Shown in pieces: positions 34,630-48,100 of a DNA stretch of 64,000 nucleotides. Under the pieces are notes generated by a model, which had not been told where the DNA came from, did no database searches, and saw only the letters and a list, made by a program, of their open reading frames with translations. Made by a program: the position numbers and the translations under genes. The stretch's first letter is position 1. Each line of letters starts with the position of its first letter. The stretch is from Phoronis australis (Eukaryota; Animalia; Phoronida), in NCBI GenBank assembly GCA_002633005.1, contig NMRA01000289.1:486217-550216 (forward strand), read 5' to 3'.

Positions 34630-36215
34630 CTGGCTTTGTGCTGGAGCGTTGAAGTCTGCAGGTTATGCTGCAGTCAAACAATGGCGTTCATCCAAAAGAA
34701 ATTGGTAAATACGACACTATCGGTTTTGTTGAGAATTTTCAAACGTATGACACTGAATACGACGGTTTTACCAGAATATGTATTGTTTTGTAATAGACGT
34801 AAATGTTGTGCATTGAAAGCATCTGGAGGTGTGTGTTTTAGTACCTGGCAAAATATGCAAAATTATAGACAACGACAACTACGTAGATTAAATAGTTAGA
34901 CGATAAAAGGCGAAATAAGGATTTGAAATTAACAATTATGGTTAGGACTTGGTGAATGTGTGTATTTTCAATAACCTTGTTATATTAGGCGGGAGAAAAG
35001 TCCCGGATGCTGCAGGTGAATACAGGTATTGAACGAATAATTGTAGAAGCACCATAGACTATATGTTAGTAAACAAAGGGATCTTCTACAATATATCTCT
35101 ATTTCAAGTAACATGAGTAGGTCATGTAAAACGATGTGAAATTAAATAAAATGGTTCCACCATTGATTGATATGTTCTGATTTACTAACAGCAATCTCAA
35201 TATTTCTGAAAAGGACACAAAAAGCAGAATTTATTAAATACGTTACAAGTGACTATTTTGAGTCACCTGTTAACCTCATAATAATCAAAATAGAAAACGA
35301 TGTAGACCTGGATATAACGGTAAATACATCTATGGTATAAAAGATGAGCAAACACGTATGAAAGTCACACATATGGTTTGACACTAAATTAAACATAATG
35401 AACGGAAAGATCTTCTTAAGCTTCGTACTAGAAATGAATATAAACTAAGTGAGCACATTTGCATAAAAAAGAGTTTAAGAGGTTAGGCAAACTGAAGAAA
35501 AGTAATAAGAATGAAGGAAAATAGTGTGAGTCGGATGATGCCAAAACGTTTTGTAAATTAATAAAAATTCAGTCTAAAAAAACTGTAAACAAGAACACTA
35601 TTGACAGACAACACGGGTAGAACATTTCAGCTCTATTTAAACTATAAGAGTATCAAAACTCTAATGTTGAATATGACCAAGTAATATGAAGATTGTTAGC
35701 AAACAGGGGACTGCTAACAAGTGTGAATTTGACAACAACAATGCAATGAATGAAGATATTACGGAAGAAGAAATCGTGGTAGCAATTAATAATATGCAAA
35801 TTGGAAAATCCCCTGAGATGGACAGAATTCCGGTTTAATTTCTCAAGATTTCAATTGATAAAATTATGAAATTGCTTTGTATATTATTCAATAAAACACT
35901 ACATAGCGGAAAATGCCCAGGAAAGTGGGCTATCGGAATAATACTACCATTAGTCAAAAAATGTGATGCATCTGATCCCACCAACAATAGAGGCCAGTAA
36001 TGTCCTCCTTCTGTTCTAAATCAATGGCTGACTCTGTGGGTTGACGAAAGTGCTTTTCTTGCTGAATAAAAAGCCGGGCTTAGAAATACATCTCAACCGT
36101 AGAGAACAATTTTATTCTCAATGGCTTGATACAAAACTACTTGTACAAACGTAAGTCCAGACCATTTTATTGTACATTCATTGACTTCAGTAGAGTTTGA
36201 GATTCTATAAATATG
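34630..36215 (+). mobile_element. Decayed LINE (linker and N-terminal RT region)
   Basis: NEDITEEEIVVAINNMQIGKSPEMDRIP, LLCILFNKTLHSGKCPGKWAIGIILPLVKKCDASDPTNNRG and FYCTFIDFS at 35750-36200; 5' boundary approximate. Confidence 0.8.
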
Positions 36216-36949
36216 GAGGCGCAGAGAGAGTGTGAGGAAGACGTTAACCAAACCGGATGTAAGCGGGTGCGTTACCCTTGAGAAGACTCTGACTGGTTTC
36301 TCTCACGCGTGCGCTCCGGTTACGTTCCTGCCTGGCTAAGCGTGAGGCAGATTGGACGAAGTCTCATAACTCAGTGACTATTTTGTATGAGAGATTTGTT
36401 ATCCTCATCTTTTTTCTATCCCTAATCTTCAGTATCCAGTCTTGGTGGATCAGCATCTTTTACTAAACCTCATACAGCTGCTTCATGATGTTTCCCCAAG
36501 TGCTTCACCCGTAGGTGTAAGAGAACAATTTTGGTGTGGACGTGCATCTCTTTCCTGTTTTAGTTGCCCAAGCATCCAGTCGAGCACTTGACGTATCATT
36601 TGTTCTCTGTCCATAGCAAACAGTCAAAACGAGGTTGCTTGTTGTATCACCGTGTGGCTAACAAGTGACAACAAAAACATACTTTGACATTTTTGACTCC
36701 TTGTGCAGACCTCCAGTTACACATCTACTATTTGAAACTTCCGTTTGAGAAGTTCTCTGGATGACAAAGGTGGACACTGTCCCGCCAACAGCCCAGTTCA
36801 CAACCCTAAGTAGAGCAGATCCATCAATGATTATAATGTATAGCTGCGATGCATGCTAACGTTCCCAAGGCAATTGCATTGGGAAAAGAATAGATGTCTC
36901 AGTTTTAAGGTACATTGCCAGCAAGCAATTTCCAAGGAACCATCAACAA

Positions 36950-37790
36950 ATGAATCACAGCGATCGCGGTGACACAGTGTGAAGTGTGGTGAAACAAAAG
37001 TCTTTGACATCATAGGCCTTGAACAACATCACGTGCAGTTGACACCAAATATGTCTTGCCATGTGTATTGGAGCCTAGTTCAACCTCGATGTCCTTGGAA
37101 CCAGGAGAGATGAGATGCTCAACAGCGAAACCAGTGTTGACGGCAAATAGAGATTTCTTCCAGCAGTTCTGAAAGAAAGTTTTGCGAAGTTTAGGCCTGA
37201 CCTTCAACGATAACAGAAACAACTCGTAGACATGCTGTGTGCCGAATTGGCAGAGGTTCACCGTCCATCGAGATCATCTTCAAAAGTATAAACTCACAAT
37301 CACAGAACTAGACACAACTCCCATAGAGATTAGCAGTAGCGGAGTTATAGTCCGCAGACACGATGTGGATTTGACACAAGAAGTGGTAGACGGTATGATT
37401 GTGCAAATGGTCTGAAAATTGTGAGAGAACAACCGAAAGGTGTCACTGAGGCATCAGATGACACAGACGTTTTCGTTCAGCTTCTGCGCTATTATCATGT
37501 TGATTACCTCAATGTTGTTTGTGGTAATCGAATCTTATGTCAAATTGCGAGCTGCTGCTGATATTGGCAAACAGTGAAGAAACACAAACAAATTCCAGAA
37601 ATCCTTGCTACCCATGCACATTCTGAGTGCGACACTGTTGTTTGTTGTTACTGAATTGGAAAAAACACAGTCCTGAAACTTGTAAAAAGTGACCTCTTCT
37701 GGGATGTTGTGGTTCCCAGGCTGACACAACAAGCAACCTCGTTTTTGACTGCTTGCAGTGGAGAAAAAAATGGGAAAACAAGAAAGGGAT
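36950..37790 (+). mobile_element. Academ-like DNA transposon relic
   Basis: Remnants GEMR..AKPVL, ASDDTDVFVQLL, LLPMHILS.CDTV and IGKNTVLKL match the SDDTDV/HALSGCDT PIN-like region of Academ proteins; many frameshifts. Confidence 0.65.
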
Positions 37791-38934
37791 ACACGTCCAC
37801 ACCCAAATCCCGCTCTCTCTCTCCTACCAATGAACTATTTGTTTCGGAATTGTGGGGTACAACCCACAGAAAGGAATTAAAAAGTGTACAACTTGCGTTC
37901 TGTAAATGCTAATTACGTAGAGGTACTGTATCAAGACAACAAATTGTGTTATTGCAAAAGGTGAAGGTGTACGTTTTGATTTGTGTATGTCGTATATGTA
38001 CAAACCCATCAAATACTATTTAAACTTGTTGAAAATAAATGGCGATAGATTGCTAAGACAATTTACACAGTGCTGCGTGAAAAAGATTTGAAAGGTCAAA
38101 AGAACTGATGTACCTTTGTAAACTGGGTTTGGATGCAACAAAGTGTTGGTGATTTTTTTTTTTTTTGAAGCAAAGACTTCAGGATAAGAATTTTCAATTG
38201 TGGTCGTCTTGCAAATACGGATGGTTGTAAATTTTACCATTCGATTAAATCTGAATTTACATGTGAAAAGTATGTATGTGGTAGCCTGTCCTTAAATAAA
38301 TTCTGTGCAACAGCAAATTTGATGAGTTTGACGCATCGTCTTATAATTGCATTGGGCAGAAGAAATAATGTACTTCGACCAGAAACAATTTGAAATTGAA
38401 ATAATGATGTAGGTTTTAAGAAAAACAGCTTACATCATCCAACAATGACAATTAGGAGTGAAATTACGTCATTGAGTAGTTAATGTATTGGCGAGAGTAT
38501 ACCTTTTGTATATCATTATGTTGAACTGTGGGCCAATTCCTCTAGGAGTTTTGTTTGTTTGTTGTTTGAAATTAGTTTTTCACGTTTGCCTGTGCATTGT
38601 GTCTCCAGCTAATGCCAGTTCTAGAATTGAAAGATGGTCCTCAATCAGACATTGTTTTGGACTGTGAATAAAAACTACGGAGATTTGTTTCCAAGTTCAA
38701 ACGTTTTAGCAATATTAGGTTTATATTATGAAATTTAGCTGGATAGTTTTAACTATAATGCTCATTTTAATCTGATTCAGTGTGGCGAAATGCCATCAGA
38801 CGTCACCCAGTATAACACTCATACGTGTGACAGATAACCCTGACCCTGCACAGCGAAGATAATTGTCCTTGTCCCTTCGCTCGGTGTATCCATGTGAATA
38901 GGAAATTAGCCAACCATTGCTCCCGAAACTGGCA

Positions 38935-38988
38935 ATGAAACTAAATTGCTGGATGTTCCCTATGTGGTGTGCCGTAATTATAGGTTTG
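38935..38988 (+). CDS. Astacin exon 1: signal peptide
   Basis: MKLNCWMFPMWCAVIIGL|GTAAGT; phase 0 joins ETYVSS of the next exon. Confidence 0.72.
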
Positions 38989-41900
38989 GTAAGTTATTTG
39001 TTTCTTCCTTACAGCCTGCTACCCTGCTTAGACAGTTACAGTGTACATGTACATGTCACTTGTTCGATAGTAAACTAAACAGGTGGTTCTCTTTTCCGAA
39101 AGCTCGCCTAATGCATGTTCCGGAAAGTCAAAGGAAGTGTATTCTTGCCCGGTCGTCGTTTTGTTAGTACATGTACACCACTATGTATGATAGACGAGGA
39201 ATCGTGAATTTTGGCCTGTAAAGGATACAACTCACTACTGGTTGAGAAATTGTATATATTTTGGAGTAGTGAGCCTCCGGTTAAGGAACCTTCGTAGTAG
39301 TTTAACCTGTGTAGTTGACTGCTCCCCAATGAATATGTATAGGTCGGATGTTTAGAGAACGAATTTAGTGCGAGAGGAACTGTTGGGTTCAGTAACATCA
39401 CCGCGTAACCACGAAAATGGAAAAGAGACGCTGGCGTAGAAACGATTTTGCATATTGTCAGAAGGAATTTAGTAAACGTTGTCGCATAATGGTGTAAAAC
39501 AGTCTATGATTTACTTGGGATCAAATGGGTGCAACGGGACATTTTAACAGACTGCATTGTGCATACAGGCGTTTCAAGTACAATGCGATGCCAATTGGAA
39601 ATTCTTAAGGAATCAGGTTTGTAAGAAAGATCAGACAGATTTTACTACCCAAACACAGAGAAACCGTGTATCTATACTGCTTCAGCACCAATAAACTTTT
39701 TAAAGTCAGACATTTAAAAATGTCTAAAGCGCTACGGTATTTGAAGGTGATACGACTTCTCATTGATGACTTTTCAAGAAATGTCAAGCATACGTTCTTG
39801 AGATGTTTTAATTGACTGATGGTGGCTCTTCTTCGGTTGTTCGTACATGTACATGTATGTGTGAATGACGTTAAGCGTGATGGATATTTTGGTGTGTGGT
39901 CATTTTCGGTTATTGTATAGATGTTTTATTCCAGGTTCCAGGGAAATAAGAATCTAGAACCATGTTTTCAATGTAATTTTAACGGTTTCATTCTCTTGAA
40001 ACCTGGGACCTCGAATTTGGTTCCAGTTTCTTACATCCAATGTATTCAAACATTTAATCTGCAATTTAAAAGAATCAATGCAAGTATGCTACGTGGTCAT
40101 TAATATTTTGAGCGACGGGACGTTTTTGCCAATTGGTTCTTTCAAGAGGCAGTCGATTACGAACGTGGCCAACTGGAAATGATGATAGAGCAGATACCGA
40201 AGTGCCACAAAACAACTTACCAATTTCTTCTAGTCTGTAAAAAATGAAATTTTGACGTGGGATTACATGGGCATTATTCGACAATGATATGACTGGAACC
40301 TGAAATGAGGTTCAAAGTTGCAGGTTTGACAAGTGACTATTACGGCATTAAAACATAGTTCTAGGCTCTGAAATTCCTGTTACACGACTAAAAATACAAC
40401 AACCGAAACATTTTCGACAGAGCTCTGGCCGAGACCATCCGCCAGTCAACTTTTATCCAGAGTAGGCATCAATGGTGAGGTGCCTACATTGTCCGTTATT
40501 GATAAGCTCTGCGATTTCCGAGATGTCAGGAAGAAGTTACACATACATCTCTAGTTAATGTATATTGTAAAAATAAGCACTTTTGGAAAAACACATTTAT
40601 TTTCTTAGGAAACTTATGTATCAAGTTTATGGTTCAACAAGACGAAAGACTTAGACCAAATCATAGCAGATGACGTAGCAAGAGCTGGCGGCGCTTCGAT
40701 TGATGAAAGAATAGAAAACCTACTTTTGGAGTCGACTGGTAGGGAAATCTAAACTTTATTAGTGACAGGTACAGTGTATATACGTGCGAGTTGCATGCAC
40801 CTTATAATGTGTAGGGAGTAGGTCAACGCAAATAGGTGACAGCGAGTTGTGGCATTGATATGTCACGAACCACGTTCGACAAAGCCGGGCCTCTGTGAAA
40901 CCAAAACTCACTAAAAAATTTGTGGTTAATGTTGTTCAACTTACGTGTTAGTGCTCATCACAGGGCGCTACATAATCGGTATCGTCAGTGACGTAAAATT
41001 GAGAAACATTATGTAAAAAAATTCTCAAATGCAATACACAATTCGTGCTCAAGGACATCGACTAAATTCCCTAAGTTGCAATGAGTTGGGTATTACATGT
41101 AAATCGGAGGATTGCACAGAGGGCAAAACTTACTTGGCGGACTGTGAGACGGTTGATAACTTGTACAAGTAGGTTTGTCCGCACCAAACTTTCCGAAACA
41201 TAGCCAACTGAAGTTTTCAGACAAAACACTTGATTGTGCTATCTTCCTTCTGTAAATTCTCGCGTGAAAGGAACTCAAAACGGGGTTGCCTCCAGCAGAC
41301 GCACTATTAGAGCCAGTGATCACTTGGTGATTTACATACATGTATATTGCGAAGTCATGCGTAATATGGCAAGTTCCTTGGATCTACAGAACACGGGCAT
41401 CAGTGGTTCTTCGGATCGAGCATACCCCGAGAATCGGTTTACCACAAAAGTTTTCTAAAAACGTTGTTTCCTTTGATGCCCTTTTATTCATTTCGTTTTC
41501 ATTCTTAAAGGTTGCTTGATAAAAATCGCACCAAAACACATGAGGCATGCTCTCACGTATGTCGAGGTCAAGTGACAAAATGTTATTTTCTGTCATTGTT
41601 TACAAATAACCACATTTGCCGTCATAGTGTTACTCGTTGTTTATTAGTTGAAAATTGTCAAATGCTGCTATACTAAAAAATCGACAGTTACAGCATAGAT
41701 GAAATGGCAAACTTTGTCAGCACTGGGTCCACAGTATGAAACATTAAGATGACATGTTCGGGTACATGTACTAAGAAATTGCGTAGCCCGTGTCTACAGT
41801 GACTACAGTCAGTCATGGTTACAGCAAAAGAACTACTCAATGGCAACATGCTCGGTGATGCAGAAACTTCAGACGAAGTCTTGGTGGAGCATGACATCAT

Positions 41901-42047
41901 ATTCACATTAAAAGAGTATGCGGATATGTACCTGGATGACAAAATGAAGTACGGGTGAGTGCAACGGATTTATTTTCCTCCAATGTCATGGAACTGAAAC
42001 TGACAAAGCTAGCAGCTGCAGCAACAGCTGTAGCACTAGCAGTAGTA

Positions 42048-42108
<61 letters not shown>

Positions 42109-45100
42109 CAGTAGTNGCAGTAGCAGTGGTAGTAGTAGTAGCAGAACAGCAGTACCAGTAATAGTAGTAGCCGCAGCGGTAGTAGTTGCAGTTGTAGAAG
42201 TAGAAGTAGTAGTCGTAGTAGTAGTAGTAGTAGCAGCAATGGTAGTAGTCGTAGTAGCAGTAGTAGCAGTGTTAGTAGAAGTAGTAATAGCGGTAGTATT
42301 ACCAGCAATAGTAGTAGTAGTTGTTGTTGTAGTAGTAGAAATACTACTGATTTCAATTATTGGAACTGACTTTATTGTAGCCGTCGCGATTTCTTAGAAA
42401 TATGCTTGTGAATGTATTTTATTTCATGGGCGGCGAACCATAGATGAATGGGAGGCAGCAGGCTTCCACTTTTTCAGTGGTGCGCCACCCATAGTATATA
42501 GGCGACGCACCACACGGGGCCTGTGGGGCCATATCCCCCTCTTTTTTCAGTGCTACGCCGCTCATGTATCTGTTTGTTGGAAAATGTTACACACAACTAT
42601 CGGAAAATTCATTCTCAATTGATCAAATGCAGGCTAGCACTGAATAAATTGTGGCGTGAGTATTTTCTGTGTTTTAGAGGGCGATCAAGGCGAAATGCTG
42701 TGCCATACGACCGCAGATGGCCACATGCAACGCTTGTCTACAAAATTGCCCCAATGGGATTTTGTAAGTAATAACTTTCGACAGTGCAGCCATAACGGGC
42801 GCGTGAAATCATAAATATAGTTTTCATTTCCCGAAATCATTGTTTAAACACAGAACTGAAACGCAAACTCCCGCGCTCGAATCGAATGATCACGAGAAAC
42901 ACTTCAGGTTCGGTTCTAGACAACATGTGTTTTCCGGCATAGTTAGTCGGTCATTTACACTACCGTTATTCTTATACGTAGTGAACCTTCATCCTGACTG
43001 GATGCCGAGAATACCCTGGCCCCTAATATCATTTCAACGCCACTTTGGACAAGACATTTTTGAATTTCTCGGCGAAATTTACGTTGTGTCATATAATATT
43101 GCGTTTCTCATGTGACTTAATGTTATTGTATCGTTCGACGCTCCATGGGGTTTTTCGACAGCTGCAATTTCGCTGTTGGACGCCTTTCGGTGTTGCAGCG
43201 AACATTTTAGTAGACCCCTGCACATTGGCATGAAACAAGTTGTTCCGCTTTTCAATACTTTTGTCCCGTTTTCCGTTCTAGAATGTTGACAATTACGAAT
43301 AAGGCGTACAAATTAACAATACCTATCTATTATAAATATTCTTCTTTCCAGAGTCCACTTTCTTTAGTAATATTGCAATCTTAACAATGTGTTCTATTGC
43401 ATTTTTTTCCGTAACACTAAACGTGCAAAGCTGATACCTTCCGCCCGCATTACATTTTTTCTGAAGGGGCGGCGCTGAACGCCTTTCCACCAAAAACCTG
43501 AGTAGTGTTCAGCAGCAGACTCTCGGCTAGAACAACCTGAGTAGTGTTCAGCAGCAGCACTCTCGGCTAGAACAACCTAGCCAAAAGGTGTAATCACGAG
43601 AAGATTTGCTTTCTATCGATTTCCTAACGAGATCTAACATTACTGAACTCTACCCTAATTGCTGTCTCGATGGTCTATGAATTTCTATAAAGTCCGGCTA
43701 TTTCGAAAATCATCTATTCACTGAAATGACTCCTTGTAGCAATCGGCTGTTATAATTATCTCCAACAGTTGCGAAAGAGTTGAAGCTATTGCGTCTGGCA
43801 ATGACACAGTGGGAGCATTTCACCTGCGTCAAGTTCAGAGAAAAGACAGAATCTGACAAACATTTCATAGAATTCCAAAACAAAGCAAAGGGATGTAGAT
43901 CTCATCTCGGGATAAGAAGGGGGAAACAAGATTTGAACCTACAAAGTCCCGGATGCAGTTTTGTAAGTTGCCCTCCCGATAGCTGGAAATAACAGAGAAG
44001 TGTTTAAATAGTAGACTACCCTCAAAAGGGAGCAAGTTCCATCACATAATTCAATTTTCCTCCAACTGAACTGAGGAATGAAGGTGGCACTGACCACTGT
44101 AAACTTGTCGTGGATGATTACTTATAAAGACATATCTACCATAATATTTCCATGATTGAATTCATTTGAATGATATGGTATATTATTTCCAAAAGTAGTC
44201 ATGTAACGAGTCATAGTGCAATGTAGCCGTCACAATGCAGCTGGTCTTACCTGGTGTCTTGCTCACTTTAGAAATGATTTGTTTGTTCACAAAGAAATTA
44301 CGTTACTTCATACGATCAACCTCATAAAGTTTATACCAGTTCCTAACCCTGAAGCCACATTTAAATTGACTAAGCAACAGCTCCAAGAAATTTTTAAACT
44401 TGCACTGGACTTCAAGGGCTGCTATGCACTGCAGCGGAGGGATACATCCAACAGATGCTATACGTGTACTATTAAGCTTTGTTTTCTTGCGGAAATGTAT
44501 CCCAGCAAATGGGAAAAGGTGGCGACGGACTAGTGTACAGTATCTAACCAGAATTGGCATTTTAGCCTATGTATGGTATCCTTTTTAAAATCGCCATGAG
44601 TTGCACTCTGTTGAAATGGGTGCGAGAATATCGACATCAAGTAAGTTGACGCAAATTTATACGAGTGAACGATTCACTGTTAAACGATTTGAGCTCGTGA
44701 CAGTAATGATGTGAGGTCAACATGGTCCACCCTGAGATGATTAAAATGTTCCAAACTTATTTGGTCTTGCCTCCTCTACACAAACAAAATAAAAATGCAC
44801 CATGTGTCAGTTCATTTCACAAAAATATGCATGGTCATGGTAACATTAGTTTGTCTTACATCTTGACCGTTTTCCTTTCACTGGAAAGGACGACATGCTA
44901 GCATGACCAGACACGAGAATTTGAAAATTTCTAGACCAGAGGCACTGCTTCATTGCCAGTGCTTGACACGAGTCCATACCAGATTCCGAAAACAGATGAA
45001 AGAGTTTTTATAAGTTTTGGATTTTTTAGGTCTATCTGATATCGCATCGCAATCCTCATTTGCTGCAGTGCAGTGCAACACTGCTACAGGGAACCGCCAA

Positions 45101-48100
45101 TGTGAAGTAAATGCAATTTACAGCCGAACTACACGACTTTTCTTATTCCCAAGCCGGCGTGTAAGGAATTGAGATTTGAGTAGGCTATTCGTAAATTCAG
45201 CTGTATAAACACCAAACCTGACCTCCCCCAATTATTTAATTAGCGCAACATAGCCGCCACAACAGTCAAGTTGTTGAAAGCAAATTAATGGAAGGTGGGA
45301 CACAATTGCTTTTCGTTCATAGCATACAGATCAGTGGCGTGTAATGTTTATTCGTCAGTCATTCACTACCGTTTAGCTGGCGACTTATCTGCACGAACTC
45401 GGCCATGCGATCGGCCTCTTTCACGAGCATTCACGTCCAGACCGAGACAAGTACATTCGGATCGACTGGAACAAAGTGACGGTTGCAGAGCAGTTTCGGA
45501 AGCGCAAAGATTTTGAAGCAGAAGCTTTTGACCTGGAATATGGATATGATGGTCTCATGCACTACGGCTTAAAGGTGAGTCGTTTCTTTCACAAACGTCC
45601 TCAAGAGAAAAACGTACGTGGCCGTTTACAATTATTGCCATGTTTAGAGCACATAAACAGCACGCCTAAAAGGGGATAAGATCGGGTCGTTTGACTTCAT
45701 GATCTGGCGATGTCAAATAAAAGTTAACGTTCCATCATTACTGAAAAACCTTAAGAAATGTTAGCAAGGTACGGTCAGGCTTCTGGATGTACATCGTTTT
45801 CAGCAGTTGTTTCACGCTTCTCCAGCTTGAACATCGCCAATCGAAAGTGGCATCTGATTTAACATTTAACAAAACCATTTTATTTTGTTCGCGATGGAGG
45901 CTATATGTGCCATTGACAATGTACGGCGATACTGCCCAGCGATATTGCCGGTGACCATTGCTCGTGATATGTTCTCGTCAGCCTTATTTGGTTTTGGTTT
46001 TCCTTTAAGATGGGTATGTGTAGGTAAAAGTATTTTATTTTACACTTTTACAGCTACGGTGCAACTCAATACACTTTTTCTCCATGAAATGCACGTATAC
46101 GTTCGAGGAAACCTTCATCACATCTCCATTCCTGCGACGGATCAAAGCGCGATTCTTAAAAACTGGCTCAGCATTGCTCCTGAATTACATGTATTCGCTT
46201 GTTCCACCAGGAATTGCCATACCCTTGTCCGGCGCAAGAACCTGTGCCACTTCTGGGCGTTCTTAAGGTCTTTCGAAAAGGGAAACATTGAAATATTGCC
46301 TGTCCAAGTGTTATTTCTTAATCATCTGATATGCACAATACTCAGTCAAACTCAGTTTTTGAGATCACTTCGGATCGATAATAACGGCCGACAAAGATGT
46401 TATTTGTTAATTTTACGTTTATTTCTTGCTTAAAAACATATAAATTACAACGAAATACTTGAAACGCCAAAACTATTGCTAATCAAATTCAAGAATTATT
46501 CCCATGACTGCATAGAGGCTATCATCATAATATGGCCGAGAAACACTATGTGTTGAGCTCCGTTAGATCCAGAAATTTCACACAGCCGGGTAGTTTTGTT
46601 CGTCACCTCGCAGTGAAACGCACACATGTATATCAACGTATAGAGCTAACGACCAACGGAGGTGCATTCGAAATCTAGGGGTCAGTCGTCACTCACGTCG
46701 CCCGCTGCAGCGGTTTAAGTGAAAAACAATTTAATTAACGTTATTCCCTCACATAATTGACCGCCTTTTGTAGTGAAGAAAATATAGTACGCTTGTGACA
46801 CGGGCACGCGGCATTTTCTAAAAAAATGCGATATCTCTTGGGAGATGATGACAGCTTCGCAGCAGTAAAATTTATTCTGACATTCGGTTTTGTAGTATTA
46901 AAATACTAAAACTTTGCAAGGAAATGAAACCCTTTCGGTTATTTTGACATGTACAAATCCTTCTCGACGCAAACAGTTGATTAATAAAAAGGAAAAGAAA
47001 GAAACTGGCCAATAAGTTGCGCAAAACTTCATGGCGCCAAAAGCCAACTTTAAAGATCGAACCACAGCAACAGAATAATGTTAGAACACAAATAAATATA
47101 ATGTAGTTTTACTCAAGGAACAGTGTATTTTAATGACACTAATTTTGCGTCTGATCTTGTTTGGTCATTGTTTCTCATATCGGTGTGAAGCTTTATATTT
47201 AGTATACATCTTTAAACCAAGCCACAAAGGTCACCCATGCCTCCAATCGGACCCCCAGAGCGATTTCGGGAACTTCCTGTGATTTGCCCTGTGCTGGTGT
47301 TGTCTCCAGCTCTGAGCCTGTAAACAACCCTTCAGCGATGTTAAGTAATGGGGGTGAATATGGCAGGACAAGTTCGACACCCAGTTAGGAGGACAGTTAG
47401 TCGTCCAGTAAATAGGCCAAACTTTGGTGATTTTATTTTGGGCTTGATTAAAATATTGGAAGGTGCCAGGTGCTTGACAGGGGAGTCACATGGCTGGATT
47501 TTAGCTGTTTGGGTGCTCATGTCACCATAAAGTGAGAGTGGGTTGCAGAAAACTCGGGCAAGTAGGACAGTTGTTCCGAGGTCCACCTTACCATGTCCAG
47601 TGGCGTTCTATTCGCTGGAAAACCTTTCAGTCGGTGATGACGCTGATGGTAAATTTAAGTTTTTCTCCATGACAACAGTAGATGGATCCCCATAGTAAAC
47701 TCGAACGCAGAAAAAATGGCCAGAAGTTCTAAGTCGCCTGAACGGGAATGACTAGTTGATTAAATTGCGAGCTGCCGTAATTAATTAAAAAATCTGTGTG
47801 GGATTATCAACGAACCGTATTTTTTAATAAAATAACATGGAAAAGGTTGCTTCCTCCTTTTAACTGACTTGTTCACGTACTTAAGCTACTTGCAGGCATT
47901 CTCCAAGGACGATTCTCAAACCATATACGCTAAGTCGAAGGAAAAAGAGATGTTGATACAAAAGGCTGGTGAAGAATTGACATTCAAAGATATTAAAGTT
48001 GTTAATTTGATGTATAAATGTAATGGTAGGTAAACAATCGCGTGACCAACGGCCCTACAAGAGCGTGTAGAAATAACATGATAAGGTGCCCTCTGTGATA

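Noticed and set aside
38518-38667. Alternative hydrophobic ATG ORF (MLNCGPIPLGVLFVCC...) as the astacin signal exon
   Set aside because: No good phase-0 donor; the 38935 exon has a consensus GTAAGT in the right phase.
27037-40738. One gene joining the upstream ShKT exons to the astacin
   Set aside because: A stop plus AATAAA at 33636-33650 and a separate ATG/signal exon at 38935 indicate two genes.
41955-42356. Poly-Val and poly-Leu/Tyr ORFs
   Set aside because: Translations of the (AGT)n microsatellite in an astacin intron.
44216-47640. Intronic ORFs 44216-44533, 45885-46433 and 47341-47586
   Set aside because: No motif I could recognise; probably decayed repeat sequence or chance ORFs.
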